Both the position numbers and the translations under genes were made by a program. Source: Gammaproteobacteria bacterium (GTDB taxonomy: Bacteria > Pseudomonadota > Gammaproteobacteria > GCA-001735895). From it: DNA of 64,000 nt. Shown piece after piece: positions 53,049 through 62,040 of this stretch; position 1 is the first letter of the stretch, and each line of letters starts with the position of its first letter. Below the pieces are notes generated by a model. The model saw nothing but the letters and a program-made list of their open reading frames with translations. It was not told where the DNA came from and did not search any database. The stretch covers positions 1 to 64,000 of the forward strand of contig JBNKUM010000078.1 in NCBI GenBank assembly GCA_050298595.1, read 5' to 3'.

Positions 53049-53651
53049 TTGAACTACCTTGCTCATATCCATCTTGCATACCTAACGCAAACCAGCATGC
53101 TAGGGAATTTTCTGGGTGACTTTGTAAAAGGAAACGACCTGAGTCATTTTACCTCTGACATACAGCAAGGTATCAAGTTACACCGCTCCATTGATACATT
53201 CACAGACTCCCATGAACAAGTATTGTATTTGAAACAGCAATTTCCCCGCACAATTAGAAGAATGTCTGGGGTCGTTATCGATATCTATTTCGATCATTTA
53301 TTATGCATGCATTGGCATCAATTTACAGACCTTTCGTTGGATATAGTATTACCAGATTTTTATGCTGAACTGTCCTCTCACCAATTAAAAGTTGAAGGCA
53401 GATTTAAATCTGTTGAGAAAGGCTTGTTACAGCATCGGTGGTTAGCAGATTATGTTAATCGTGGTAGTTGTATGCGCGCTTTTTACCAGATTGAAAAAAG
53501 GCTGCATCATCGTATTACCTTTGCCGATCAAGCGAATCAACATTTAAACGCACATCATGATGAGCTAGAACAAATATTTTTCTCGTTCTATCCTGACCTT
53601 ATTAAACATGCTAAAGCTTATAGGCACACAGATTTGAAGAAGCGAGTATAA
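53049..53651 (+). CDS. acpH: Acyl carrier protein phosphodiesterase
   Basis: MNYLAH, GNFLGDFVKG, GIKLHRSIDTFTD, DIYFDH. Confidence 0.88.
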   Translation: MNYLAHIHLAYLTQTSMLGNFLGDFVKGNDLSHFTSDIQQGIKLHRSIDTFTDSHEQVLYLKQQFPRTIRRMSGVVIDIYFDHLLCMHWHQFTDLSLDIVLPDFYAELSSHQLKVEGRFKSVEKGLLQHRWLADYVNRGSCMRAFYQIEKRLHHRITFADQANQHLNAHHDELEQIFFSFYPDLIKHAKAYRHTDLKKRV

Positions 53652-53806
53652 AAGTTGGGTTATCGGAAACTCCACAATTGTGAAGGAGTATTGCTTATGC
53701 CTGGCAACACCTCAATCAAGGCACCTAGCTTTCGAGAAACTAACGTTGAGCTCATTCAGGATTTGCAATTCGCTCGTTCTCAGTAAGAATTTGATTTTTT
53801 CAGAAA

Positions 53807-53833
53807 AATAAACTCGGACAACCATATATTGAA
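53807..53833 (+). repeat. 27-bp dispersed repeat (family B, copy 2)
   Basis: AATAAACTCGGACAACCATATATTGAA. Confidence 0.8.
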
Positions 53834-54117
53834 CATTTGTGAACTGGTCTCATTATCCCGAAGCGAGTGATTCCATGAAGGATCCATTCATATCTGATCT
53901 TCAATGAGTACTGTCGAGCCCTTGTCACCATTCCATATTTTCAATCGAGTCTGCCCCCTAAAAATTGCTTTTGATTTATAAATCAAAGACCTGACCATTA
54001 TGACTATTAGAAAGTATTGCTCTCTGACTCGAGTTTTCCAATGGAGATTACTTATGATTTGAGCAGGTTTCTTGTGCGAGCAGGACAGTCTTATGCACAC
54101 GTTATTTAGCTAAACTC

Positions 54118-54987
54118 CTAAAAATGATTCCAAAGTAGGTCCAGCATAGGGCCTTTTCTTTTAGCTGCGAGTCTGGCTACTACAATATCGACTATATTAC
54201 CCTTTACATATTCTCCATCTATTGCAATAAGTTCACCTGTTGCTAGCTCATCCTGAACGAGAAATAATGGCATATGTCCCCATCCCATACCCTGTAAAAT
54301 TACTTCTTTCTTGGTGTTTTGATCACCGACGGTTATATGTGGTGAGTCTTCAAGTATGAAATAATTATTTTCCGGACTGTTTTTAGCCGTGTCTCTAATA
54401 ATGCATTGTGTGTAATCTTTTAAGTCAGAGTATCTCAACGGATTGTTAACAGGGGGCTTGAGAAACCCTGGCGCGACAACAGGTACAATTTCAACTTTGC
54501 AGTAGTCCTTATGTTCATATTGTGGATCTGATTTGTTAATGTGGTGAATAATCAGATCAACTTCACCGTTTAAAAGCCTTTCATTCGGTCCATAAATATT
54601 TTCGAAAAACAGGTTTAAATGGGTGAAAGAATATTTTTCTGAAAATATTCTAAGCACTTTTAATACATCTGCGATTGGCGTGATATCACCAATAACAATA
54701 TTTAATTCCGCTTCCTCGCCTTGCCTGAGATGTTTAGCCTGCTCCTCTAAACTTTGCATATTCAATAAAATATGCTTTACCCCTTTGTAGAATGACTCTC
54801 CTTCTGTTGTGAGGATTAATCGATAACCTGATCGATCAAATAAAGCAAATCCCAGGGTATCTTCCATTTTTTTAAGTGCAGTAATGATACTTGGATGTGT
54901 TTTATTCAAGTACTTTGCACCTGCTTGAATGCTTTTTTTGCTAACAACTGCATGCAGGGTCAACATCTGTTGTAAGGTAATATTCAT
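54118..54987 (-). CDS. LysR-family regulator
   Basis: N-terminal HTH, LFDRSGYR, GMGWGHMP; divergent from an oxidoreductase. Confidence 0.92.
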   Translation of the reverse strand: MNITLQQMLTLHAVVSKKSIQAGAKYLNKTHPSIITALKKMEDTLGFALFDRSGYRLILTTEGESFYKGVKHILLNMQSLEEQAKHLRQGEEAELNIVIGDITPIADVLKVLRIFSEKYSFTHLNLFFENIYGPNERLLNGEVDLIIHHINKSDPQYEHKDYCKVEIVPVVAPGFLKPPVNNPLRYSDLKDYTQCIIRDTAKNSPENNYFILEDSPHITVGDQNTKKEVILQGMGWGHMPLFLVQDELATGELIAIDGEYVKGNIVDIVVARLAAKRKGPMLDLLWNHF

Positions 54988-55073
54988 ATTGTAGATTTAA
55001 ACAACATTGATTGTATAAATATAGTACTTTTTTATTACATTGGCGTTAATTACAGTATTGCTTCAACTAATTA

Positions 55074-56066
55074 ATGGAGAACGAAATGAAAGCAATCGTA
55101 ATCAATGAGTATGGTGAGGCTGATCAACTAATTATTCAGGAGCTTCCTATACCAGAACCTACAAAGGATGAAGTCTTAATCAAGATTAAGGCGTTCGGAA
55201 TAAATCGAGCAGAAATCTTTATGAGACGTGGGTTATGGGGTGATGTTGCCAAAGTAAGTGGTATCGAGTGTGTAGGTGAAGTAGCAAATGACCCTTCAGG
55301 TAATTTAAAACTAGGCCAGACGGTCGCCGCAATCATGGGTGGAATGGGAAGAACGCGAAATGGGAGCTATGCGGAATATACCTGTGTTTCAATGAATAAC
55401 ATATTTCCACTGCAGACGAATCTTGACTGGGCTGAACTGGCTGCAATTCCAGAATCATATGCGACGGCCTGGAGCTGTCTTTATCAGAATATGAGAATTA
55501 AGCCGGGAGACTGTGTTTTTATTCGAGGTGGTACATCAGCTTTGGGACAGGCTGCAATCAATATTGCATCTAATATTGATGGTGTCACTGTTTTATCTTC
55601 CACTCGAAATGCGAATAGTATGGATTATCTACAGCAACTTGGTTGTCATGCGGTATTTAAGGAAGATAACAAACTTAGCGAGAAAGTAAAACAGGAATTT
55701 CCACAAGGTGTTAATAGCGTGATGGATATAGTGGGTAACAGTACTTTAATCGATTCAATGCGTATGGTCTCAAAAAACGGTTTTGTCTGTAATGCCGGAT
55801 TTTTGGGGGGAAGTGACCCTATCAGCTTTAACCCGCTTACCGATATGCCGCCCACAGTTAATTTAAACTTTTTTGCCAGTTTTATGTTTGGAACAGAAGG
55901 GTATCCAGTTTCAGATATCCCTATGCAGACAATTGTAAATAATGTGTCAAAGGGGGTTTATAAAGCAAAACCTGGTAGAGTTTTTAAACTTAAGGATATT
56001 TTACTAGCCCATCAACTCATGGAAAGTAATTCTGCACAGGGGAAAATAGTTGTAAGTGTTTCATAA
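55074..56066 (+). CDS. Quinone oxidoreductase-like medium-chain dehydrogenase
   Basis: IKAFGINRAE, GSYAEY, PESYATAW, RGGTSALG, GKIVV. Confidence 0.9.
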   Translation: MENEMKAIVINEYGEADQLIIQELPIPEPTKDEVLIKIKAFGINRAEIFMRRGLWGDVAKVSGIECVGEVANDPSGNLKLGQTVAAIMGGMGRTRNGSYAEYTCVSMNNIFPLQTNLDWAELAAIPESYATAWSCLYQNMRIKPGDCVFIRGGTSALGQAAINIASNIDGVTVLSSTRNANSMDYLQQLGCHAVFKEDNKLSEKVKQEFPQGVNSVMDIVGNSTLIDSMRMVSKNGFVCNAGFLGGSDPISFNPLTDMPPTVNLNFFASFMFGTEGYPVSDIPMQTIVNNVSKGVYKAKPGRVFKLKDILLAHQLMESNSAQGKIVVSVS

Positions 56067-56072
56067 ATTTTG

Positions 56073-56120
56073 ATCCTGCGACCGCAGGGAGCGAATTTAA
56101 TGTACTTGTTAGCGTTACCC
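56073..56120 (-). other. Truncated attC site
   Basis: Minus strand GGGTAAC-GCTAAC-AAGTACATTAAATTCGCTCCCTGCGGTCGCAGGA, then breaks off at the end of the oxidoreductase gene. Confidence 0.6.
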
Positions 56121-56137
56121 AAGTTTCTTAACCGAAT

Positions 56138-56467
56138 CTATGATTTAAATATTAAAGACCAAATCATGTGGCCGATTACAAAGACTGACAGGATAATAGA
56201 CAAGTAATCAAATGATTTGCTCATTCTCAACTTAATTCGACCTGCCCAAGAAGATCTCCATTTTTCGTCACGCTCAGTAATTTTATTACCAATTTCTTGA
56301 AAAGGTAAATTAACGAAAGAATAGATTAAAAAAACGGTAGTGGGGGCTAGAACAACTAGCCCAGCAACCATATATCCATTGCTTATTAGCGCTATACCTG
56401 CAACCAAACTCAATATTGGCGATACTGATATCACAACATCTTTTAAGGTAAGGTTGTTTGGATCCAT
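56138..56467 (-). CDS. Hypothetical membrane protein, integron cassette
   Basis: ATG 6 nt after the attC R' site; hydrophobic, 109 aa. Confidence 0.7.
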   Translation of the reverse strand: MDPNNLTLKDVVISVSPILSLVAGIALISNGYMVAGLVVLAPTTVFLIYSFVNLPFQEIGNKITERDEKWRSSWAGRIKLRMSKSFDYLSIILSVFVIGHMIWSLIFKS

Positions 56468-56472
56468 AATTT

Positions 56473-56533
56473 GAGTAACGCCGCAAATCAGCCGCGTGAG
56501 GAACGAGCGTCGGTTGAATTTGCCTTGTTATGT
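56473..56533 (-). other. attC site
   Basis: Minus strand ACATAAC-AAGGCAAATTCAACCG...CGGCTGATTTGCGGC-GTTACTC, 61 bp. Confidence 0.85.
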
Positions 56534-56958
56534 GCTTTCTTAATTCTGGTGTTTATATCTGAGATTAGTTTCACTCTATCCTCACTACGTAGTAACTTAA
56601 TAGGAACACTTACATTCCTATCTACAGCGACTAACCTGTAGCCAAAAAACCAATGTTTTTCCAGGCCTGAAACCGTTGACCATAAAACTACAGTTTGAGG
56701 CCGCATCGTTTCATTAATAATGATAGTGTCATCTTTTACCTCAATGAGGGGTATTTTTACTCGTTTTAAAACCGCATAAAACAATAAAATACTCATTATC
56801 AAGATAGTGAAAACAGCTATCCATAACGTCTCTTTGTCCACGAGACTAGAAAAATTCCAGCTTTTCTGGAACACGAGCATCCAAACAATATAGCAAATAG
56901 TCCCAACAGGAATTATTGCTTGTGGCGCATAACTTATTAAAGGGGCAAAATATTTCAT
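56488..56958 (-). CDS. Hypothetical membrane protein (2 TM plus possible PH-like domain), integron cassette
   Basis: 156 aa; its 3' end runs into the attC site. Confidence 0.7.
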   Translation of the reverse strand: MKYFAPLISYAPQAIIPVGTICYIVWMLVFQKSWNFSSLVDKETLWIAVFTILIMSILLFYAVLKRVKIPLIEVKDDTIIINETMRPQTVVLWSTVSGLEKHWFFGYRLVAVDRNVSVPIKLLRSEDRVKLISDINTRIKKAHNKANSTDARSSRG

Positions 56959-57025
56959 TGAACAGCTTTATTAGCAGTTATATTCATGGTCAAGCCTGCA
57001 TCTAGTTTAAAAAATATAACTTCGT

Positions 57026-57103
57026 ACGTAACGTTGCAAACATCGGCCGAGCATAGCGAGGTCTAGTGCACAGAGTATGCGATGCTGCTTGGCTTTGTTA
57101 ACT
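57026..57103 (-). other. attC site
   Basis: Minus strand AGTTAAC-AAAGCCAAGCAGCATCG...CGATGTTTGCAAC-GTTACGT, 78 bp. Confidence 0.8.
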
Positions 57104-57562
57104 GTCGCTACAGGTAAGTTGCTTATTGTTTGGATTATATATGATTTCATTAGCCCAAAATATTCCCCTAACTCCCAAGCCAACCATAAACAGCAAGATA
57201 AGAAAAACAGCATATGCCTGGATTTTAGCTCTTGCTCCGTATCTGTATTTTGTCTTTCTGAGAACCTTTTCGTTTGGCAAAGGATTTTGCCCAACCTGAA
57301 TTACTTTTATGCATCTCCGTCCCTCTATCGCGAAAATAGTTAATGCCGACCCAATTGGTAAAACCACAAAAACAAAATAAAACACTACGTGCATACCGGT
57401 AAAATAGCCGTAGTCTTGGCAATGTGCGTTTTTGGCATAGGCTTGGAACCAAGGTAAAAACCAGAATTTAGTTGCCGCAAATAGCGGGACTGCCCATGCA
57501 AGATGCTTGACAAGCAAAGCCACTCTTTCTCTTCTAGTATATTCCGGTGCGTATTCACTCAT
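57098..57562 (-). CDS. Hypothetical membrane protein, integron cassette
   Basis: 154 aa, 3 TM; the stop codon lies within the attC R'' box. Confidence 0.75.
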   Translation of the reverse strand: MSEYAPEYTRRERVALLVKHLAWAVPLFAATKFWFLPWFQAYAKNAHCQDYGYFTGMHVVFYFVFVVLPIGSALTIFAIEGRRCIKVIQVGQNPLPNEKVLRKTKYRYGARAKIQAYAVFLILLFMVGLGVRGIFWANEIIYNPNNKQLTCSDS

Positions 57563-57566
57563 AGAC

Positions 57567-57640
57567 AGTTAACGCCTTGGGTAAGCCCTCGGTGCGGAGC
57601 TCAGTGGAGTACCGGTCGGCTTCACCCATATGGGTTATGA
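57567..57640 (-). other. attC site
   Basis: Minus strand TCATAAC-CCATATGGGTGAAGCCGACCGG...CCGAGGGCTTACCCAAGGC-GTTAACT, 74 bp. Confidence 0.8.
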
Positions 57641-57647
57641 GCTTGAT

Positions 57648-57983
57648 CTAAGAGGCACATGGTTGGAGTGAAAAAATGAAAAGACCAAACCACACATTAC
57701 CCAGAAATATCAGCAACTTTATGGCGTCCCGCGCAAAAGCGGGAATATTTTGATATTGATATAAATAACCAATCACCACCCATTGCACGATCAGCCATAC
57801 AACTGAGAAATACAAAATACCTTTGTGGCAGTCTATGTCAGAGGCGGTGTAATAGGCATACCACCACCCCGAAACCATACCCGTGGTGAGAAGCACGAGA
57901 ATCACGCAAGACAGCAGATTGCGCCAACGCGGGTACTCCGTGCTTAAAAGCTTTTCCTTCGCTTCGGTCAAATTTTTCGTCAT
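57648..57983 (-). CDS. Hypothetical membrane protein, first integron cassette
   Basis: 111 aa, 3 TM, between attI and the first attC. Confidence 0.75.
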   Translation of the reverse strand: MTKNLTEAKEKLLSTEYPRWRNLLSCVILVLLTTGMVSGWWYAYYTASDIDCHKGILYFSVVWLIVQWVVIGYLYQYQNIPAFARDAIKLLIFLGNVWFGLFIFSLQPCAS

Positions 57984-58005
57984 TCAAATCTCTTCACGAA
58001 CTGCC

Positions 58006-58070
58006 ACATAACATTCTAATTGGTCCACAAGTTGCGGCCTATCCCGGGGAATTAAAAACGAATTTTTAAG
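58006..58070 (-). other. Putative attI site
   Basis: Minus-strand GTTATGT core (58006-58012) with no attC palindrome upstream, between the first cassette and the divergent intI relic. Confidence 0.6.
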
Positions 58071-58210
58071 CATGTATTCGACCACTTTTCATTGTTATTG
58101 CCTCACAATTTCAAAAACTTAGCATATTGTTCTCCCAGAATCCATCGAAACGGTTGTACCGGCATAGGCTGAAAGTTTCCGGATATTGAGTTGCTTTCAA
58201 TTTTTCAGGA

Positions 58211-58395
58211 ATGTATATTTCGTCAATGAGAATATATTTAGAACACGGAGCCCTAATCAGGGCTAGTCATCCTCAAAAATCCCCCTTCATTGAATGCGTT
58301 CGGCACGTTCTAAGAGTACAGCATTATTCCAATCGTACTGAAAAACCTACCTGGACTGGATTAGGCGCTTCATCCTGTTTCATCGTAAAAAAGGA
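58211..58395 (+). pseudogene. intI: Integron integrase N-terminal fragment (frameshifted, truncated)
   Basis: Adding one A to the A5 run at 58341-58345 gives KSPFIECVRHVLRVQHYSNRTEKTYLDWIRRFILFHRKK, the IntI N-terminal signature; divergent from the attC array. Confidence 0.85.
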
Positions 58396-58400
58396 CAGCT

Positions 58401-58490
58401 GGGATCAGGTCTAGCATTTAGCCTTTTCTGTATTAGCTTGACCCCATGTCCAGTCCCCACCGATCAGAGCTCAAAGCTAGACCTGACCCC
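58401..58490. repeat. REP-like inverted repeat at the intI truncation point
   Basis: GGGATCAGGTCTAGC (58401-58415) pairs with GCTAGACCTGACCCC (58476-58490). Confidence 0.75.
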
Positions 58491-58523
58491 GACTTATGTG
58501 CCTTCTTAAAACAATACAAGAAC

Positions 58524-58969
58524 TCACGCTTTTGTTTCTCTGAGTATCTCTTCAGCAAGCTCAGCCGCTCTGCCCGTGTAGTTGAGGCTCTCTCGTGCAG
58601 TCTATTTTCTTTGAATGTTTTCTGGCCTTCAACTGTACCAAGATCGCAACCCAATAACTCATCGCAGTTGCGGGCACCAAACTCCTCTTCGAATTTATTT
58701 ATGACTGTGCCTGCGGCCTGAAATGGTGCATCATAGGATTCCCCAGCTCCTTCTCTGCCTAGTACGGCGCTGATCCCCATGACCGCTCCTGTTAGCGCTC
58801 CGCATGTACCACAGGTGCGTGACATACCACCGCAGAACGCTGTTGCCGCTTTGGGTAGTAACTCTGACTCGATACCGTGCGCCATTGTGAGTGTTACTAC
58901 GACACTTTCGGCGCACATCAAGCCGTTTTTGAAATGGCTTTCAGCACTGGCCTTTATTTCGTCATTCAT
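58524..58969 (-). pseudogene. C_GCAxxG_C_C family putative redox protein with a 1-nt frameshift near the C-terminus
   Basis: CAESV, TCGALTGA, NCDELLG; restoring one base at 58588/58589 gives ERCLNYTGRAAELAEEILRETKA-stop; ATG 58969 with AGGAGG RBS. Confidence 0.75.
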
Positions 58970-59031
58970 TCTTTCCTCCTTTTCCCATACCTGTTTATGT
59001 TGATGGCTGGACAACAGCCATTTCTCTGTTT

Positions 59032-59841
59032 TCAGGCAGCTGGTTTGTCTGCGTAGACAGTGATGCTGTAAATGCCTGCGCCCTGTTCCCGTGCCATATC
59101 GATTTCGTCTTTTGTCAGGTACTCCAGCAGTATCTCGTCGGGCAGAGTAATCGCTTTCTTCTTCTGCACTGTCACATTGACGAACCCAGCTTTATTGATT
59201 GTATCCAGGTAGTCAGTCATCTGTTCCGCACCTGAAACACAACCTGCATACATTTCGGCGCTTTTACGAACGCTTTCAGGCAATTTACCTTCCAGTACGA
59301 TGTCCGAGATGGAGAAGTGGCCACCAGGCTTAAGGATGCGAAAAGTCTCGGCAAATGCCTGTATTTTATTCGGCACTAGATTCATAACGCAGTTACTGAC
59401 GACAACGTCTACGGTTTTGTCGTCTATCGGCATGGCCTCGATATCGCCAACTCGGAACTCGACATTGTCGAATTTCATTTTTTCTGCATTGGCCCGCGCT
59501 TTGTCGACCATCTCCGGTGTCATGTCGATGCCAATTACTCTACCTGTATTCCCTACGATGGCGCGTGCAACAAAGGCATCGTTACCGGCACCTGAGCCCA
59601 GGTCGACGACGGTATCGCCTGCTTTCATCTGTGCGAATTCAGTGGGTAGACCACAGCCTAGTCCTAAATCGGCATCTTCCATATATCCGGACAGTTCCGA
59701 GTAGTTGTCTGCCATCACTGTGTAGTCAATAGTAGAACAGCCACAACCGCAGCAGGATGTTTCGGTATCAGTCTTCGACTGTTGTGCGATGGCGCCGTAT
59801 TTCTCTTTTACCATTTGCTTCAATTTGTTTGCTTCAAGCAT
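59032..59841 (-). CDS. arsM: Arsenite S-adenosylmethionine methyltransferase
   Basis: SCCGCGC, LGLGCGLP, DLGSGAG, VSNCVMNL, YAGCVSGA; ATG 59841 with AGGAG RBS. Confidence 0.92.
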   Translation of the reverse strand: MLEANKLKQMVKEKYGAIAQQSKTDTETSCCGCGCSTIDYTVMADNYSELSGYMEDADLGLGCGLPTEFAQMKAGDTVVDLGSGAGNDAFVARAIVGNTGRVIGIDMTPEMVDKARANAEKMKFDNVEFRVGDIEAMPIDDKTVDVVVSNCVMNLVPNKIQAFAETFRILKPGGHFSISDIVLEGKLPESVRKSAEMYAGCVSGAEQMTDYLDTINKAGFVNVTVQKKKAITLPDEILLEYLTKDEIDMAREQGAGIYSITVYADKPAA

Positions 59842-59861
59842 TGCTTTACTCCTCTTGTTCA

Positions 59862-59877
59862 ATCGTATTATTACGAT
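59862..59877. promoter_or_regulatory. ArsR operator-like palindrome upstream of arsM
   Basis: ATCGT-ATTATT-ACGAT. Confidence 0.7.
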
Positions 59878-59896
59878 AGTTTAGGCCAAAAAATTT

Positions 59897-60214
59897 TTAA
59901 CAGCAGCGTTTGGTGGTTAAAAAGTTACTGATCGTTTTAAGTGCCTTATCAAGTGCTTTGTTGTTGATGCAATAGCACACCCTGGTACCCTCAATATTAC
60001 CTTTAATCAATCCGGCCTCTTTCAATTCGCGCAGGTGCTGCGAGACTGTCGATTGCGAAAGCGGCAATTCTTGAACAATGTCACCACACATACAGGCATC
60101 GCTTTTGGCCAAATATTCCAGAATGGCGATACGGGCGGGATGACCCAAAGCCCTGGCCAGATCCGCGAGGCGGTTCTGCTGATCGGTAAAAGCTTGTTTC
60201 TTTGAGCGTCCCAT
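59897..60214 (-). CDS. arsR: ArsR/SmtB-family repressor
   Basis: [31 protein letters not shown]-terminal CC; start set at ATG 60214. Confidence 0.9.
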   Translation of the reverse strand: MGRSKKQAFTDQQNRLADLARALGHPARIAILEYLAKSDACMCGDIVQELPLSQSTVSQHLRELKEAGLIKGNIEGTRVCYCINNKALDKALKTISNFLTTKRCC

Positions 60215-60221
60215 AGTATTG

Positions 60222-60255
60222 ATCGTTATATTACGATAAAATAACCGTATGTCAA
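60222..60255 (-). promoter_or_regulatory. arsR promoter with overlapping operator
   Basis: Minus-strand TTGACA-N16-TAATAT; palindrome ATCGT-TATATT-ACGAT (60222-60237) covers the -10 box. Confidence 0.75.
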
Positions 60256-60278
60256 CCCTTAACTCCAAAATAGAGAAA

Positions 60279-60343
60279 GAGGACGGAGGGATTCCATTTT
60301 CACCAATTTATGTAATTGCTCATTTTTTAATCCCTCCGCCCCC
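60279..60343. repeat. REP-like inverted repeat at the upstream border of the ars module
   Basis: GAGGACGGAGGGATT pairs with AATCCCTCCGCCCCC (2 mismatches). Confidence 0.65.
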
Positions 60344-60524
60344 TTTACTTAGTCCCCTTTACTTAATCAGACTTCGAAACGATGATATCAAATCGAGCGA
60401 AATAGGAAGAAACAGCATTGCAGGAAGCGCTGAAAAAATTAACTCTGGAAAATTTAATGAGCCTTAAACTGAGTTGGTTATTTGCAGGGTCTGGCTCCGG
60501 AGAGCTCTGAAACCTATCATCTTA

Positions 60525-60968
60525 TTATTTTTCCAAATCATTTTTACTTATGACTATTTCTATAGAATCACCATAGTTGAACTTTTTAAGCTGAAGCTCA
60601 TATTCATTCCATGTACTACTTGTATAGCGTTGAGAATCCGTTAAACCATCTTCTGCTGCGAACTTTCCCGCTACACCATGAATTGAAAGAGCAGCTTCTC
60701 CTGACAGACCATTTTTAAATAGCAATAGCGATGCTGTTGCTTTTGTCGCCCCCCCTATATATGGTCGTTTATGCGTGAAGGATATTAACCGTACTGTAAG
60801 ACCGTCTTCTAATATTACTTCCTCATTAAGTTTTATTATATATTTTACTCCAGGTTTTAGCTCCCCTCCTATCTCTTTGTTGTTAACCAATTTGCTGACT
60901 TCCTCACTTTTAGATGTGAAGTTTATGATTGATACAATAAACAATATAGTAAGTAATTTTTTCAACAT
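60525..60968 (-). CDS. Hypothetical secreted protein, AT-rich
   Basis: Signal-like N-terminus, 147 aa; family not recognised. Confidence 0.6.
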   Translation of the reverse strand: MLKKLLTILFIVSIINFTSKSEEVSKLVNNKEIGGELKPGVKYIIKLNEEVILEDGLTVRLISFTHKRPYIGGATKATASLLLFKNGLSGEAALSIHGVAGKFAAEDGLTDSQRYTSSTWNEYELQLKKFNYGDSIEIVISKNDLEK

Positions 60969-61317
60969 AACTTTGTACTTTATTGGTTGTTAGTAGATCG
61001 ACGAAAACCCAGTCTAACAAAAACACCTTGTGACATTAGTTTTGTAAAATCCAGTCTTGTTTGAAGATAATTTGCCACAGCGGTTTATAACATCAAAATT
61101 AGTACTGCTACTAACATAAACAACACTTGTTTTTGTAACGACCATGTGCCCCTGCCTTTCGTATTGATAAGGATGTGAAGGGGTAAGCACCAGAGAATCA
61201 GCCTTATAGGCTTACATTCAAGGGCAGTAAGACTTCGATATCTTAAACCGTTTTAGCATACGCGATATGCTCCAGTACATGACGAATGTATTGGTAAGGC
61301 TCCATGAAAAAACTCTG

Positions 61318-61344
61318 AATAAACTCGAACAACCATATATTGAA
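61318..61344 (+). repeat. 27-bp dispersed repeat (family B, copy 3), just upstream of the RAYT relic
   Basis: AATAAACTCGAACAACCATATATTGAA. Confidence 0.8.
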
Positions 61345-61406
61345 CATTGACAGCTCCAAATAAAGTCGTAGTTTTTATCACCTCATCTTATCGCAAGGAG
61401 TGCATT

Positions 61407-61839
61407 ATGCCTAAAGCAAGGAAGACTCAGGTTTCTATCGAAGCCACCCCTTACTACCATTTTATTTCCCGCTGTGTACGTCGTGCTTTTTTGTGTGGTA
61501 AAGATTCGCAATCCGGTCAGGATTATGAACATAGAAGACAATGGATCGAAGAACGCTTTCTTTCATTATCCAACATCTTTGCCATAGATATCACGGCCTA
61601 CGCGGTTACGAGTAATTACTATCATGTCGTACTACATATCGATCAGAAGAAAGCTGAAGCCTGGTCTACTCGTGAAATATGTAAAAATTGGCACCAATTG
61701 TTTTCAGGGTTTAGCCTGTCCAATCGTTTTCTGGCGGGATAAGCCTTATCACCTGCTGAAAAAAGCAGTTAGAGCTAAAAACGGAAGTATAGCGACAACG
61801 CTTAATGGATATCAGTTGGTTAATGCATTGTCAAAATGA
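61407..61839 (+). pseudogene. REP-associated tyrosine (Y1/HUH) transposase relic
   Basis: MPKARKTQVS..TPYYHFISRCVRRAFLCG..YEHRRQW, AYAVTSNYYHVVL (HUH motif degraded), stop at 61742, later RLMDISW remnant, then truncated. Confidence 0.85.
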
Positions 61840-62040
61840 CAAAATCATCGGGAATAATTTTGATCAGCTCTGCTGGCCCTGAAAGGCTCTTCAATTATTC
61901 CATTTGGCCTGGCTGGCTAGTTTATCGCTGACCCGGGTTTTCTTTCGATTTATAATTCTACGGAAGGCAAAAGGCAAGACCTGTCCCCAGAGACTTTCAG
62001 CCAAGCTGCGGTTTTTTTGTAGTGCAGGGATCTTAGGACC

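Noticed and set aside
57007-57294. 95-aa minus-strand ORF spanning an attC
   Set aside because: It overlaps the cassette gene in another frame and reads through the attC, so it is probably spurious.
58524-58600. Selenocysteine recoding in the C_GCAxxG_C_C protein
   Set aside because: The defect is a missing base, not an in-frame TGA.
60525-61020. Additional integron cassette (GTTAGAC/CTAAC motifs near 60990-61018)
   Set aside because: There is no attC palindrome downstream of the gene, and it lies on the wrong side of intI.
50163-61344. CRISPR array from the 27-bp repeats
   Set aside because: The copies are kilobases apart, with no regular spacers and no cas genes.
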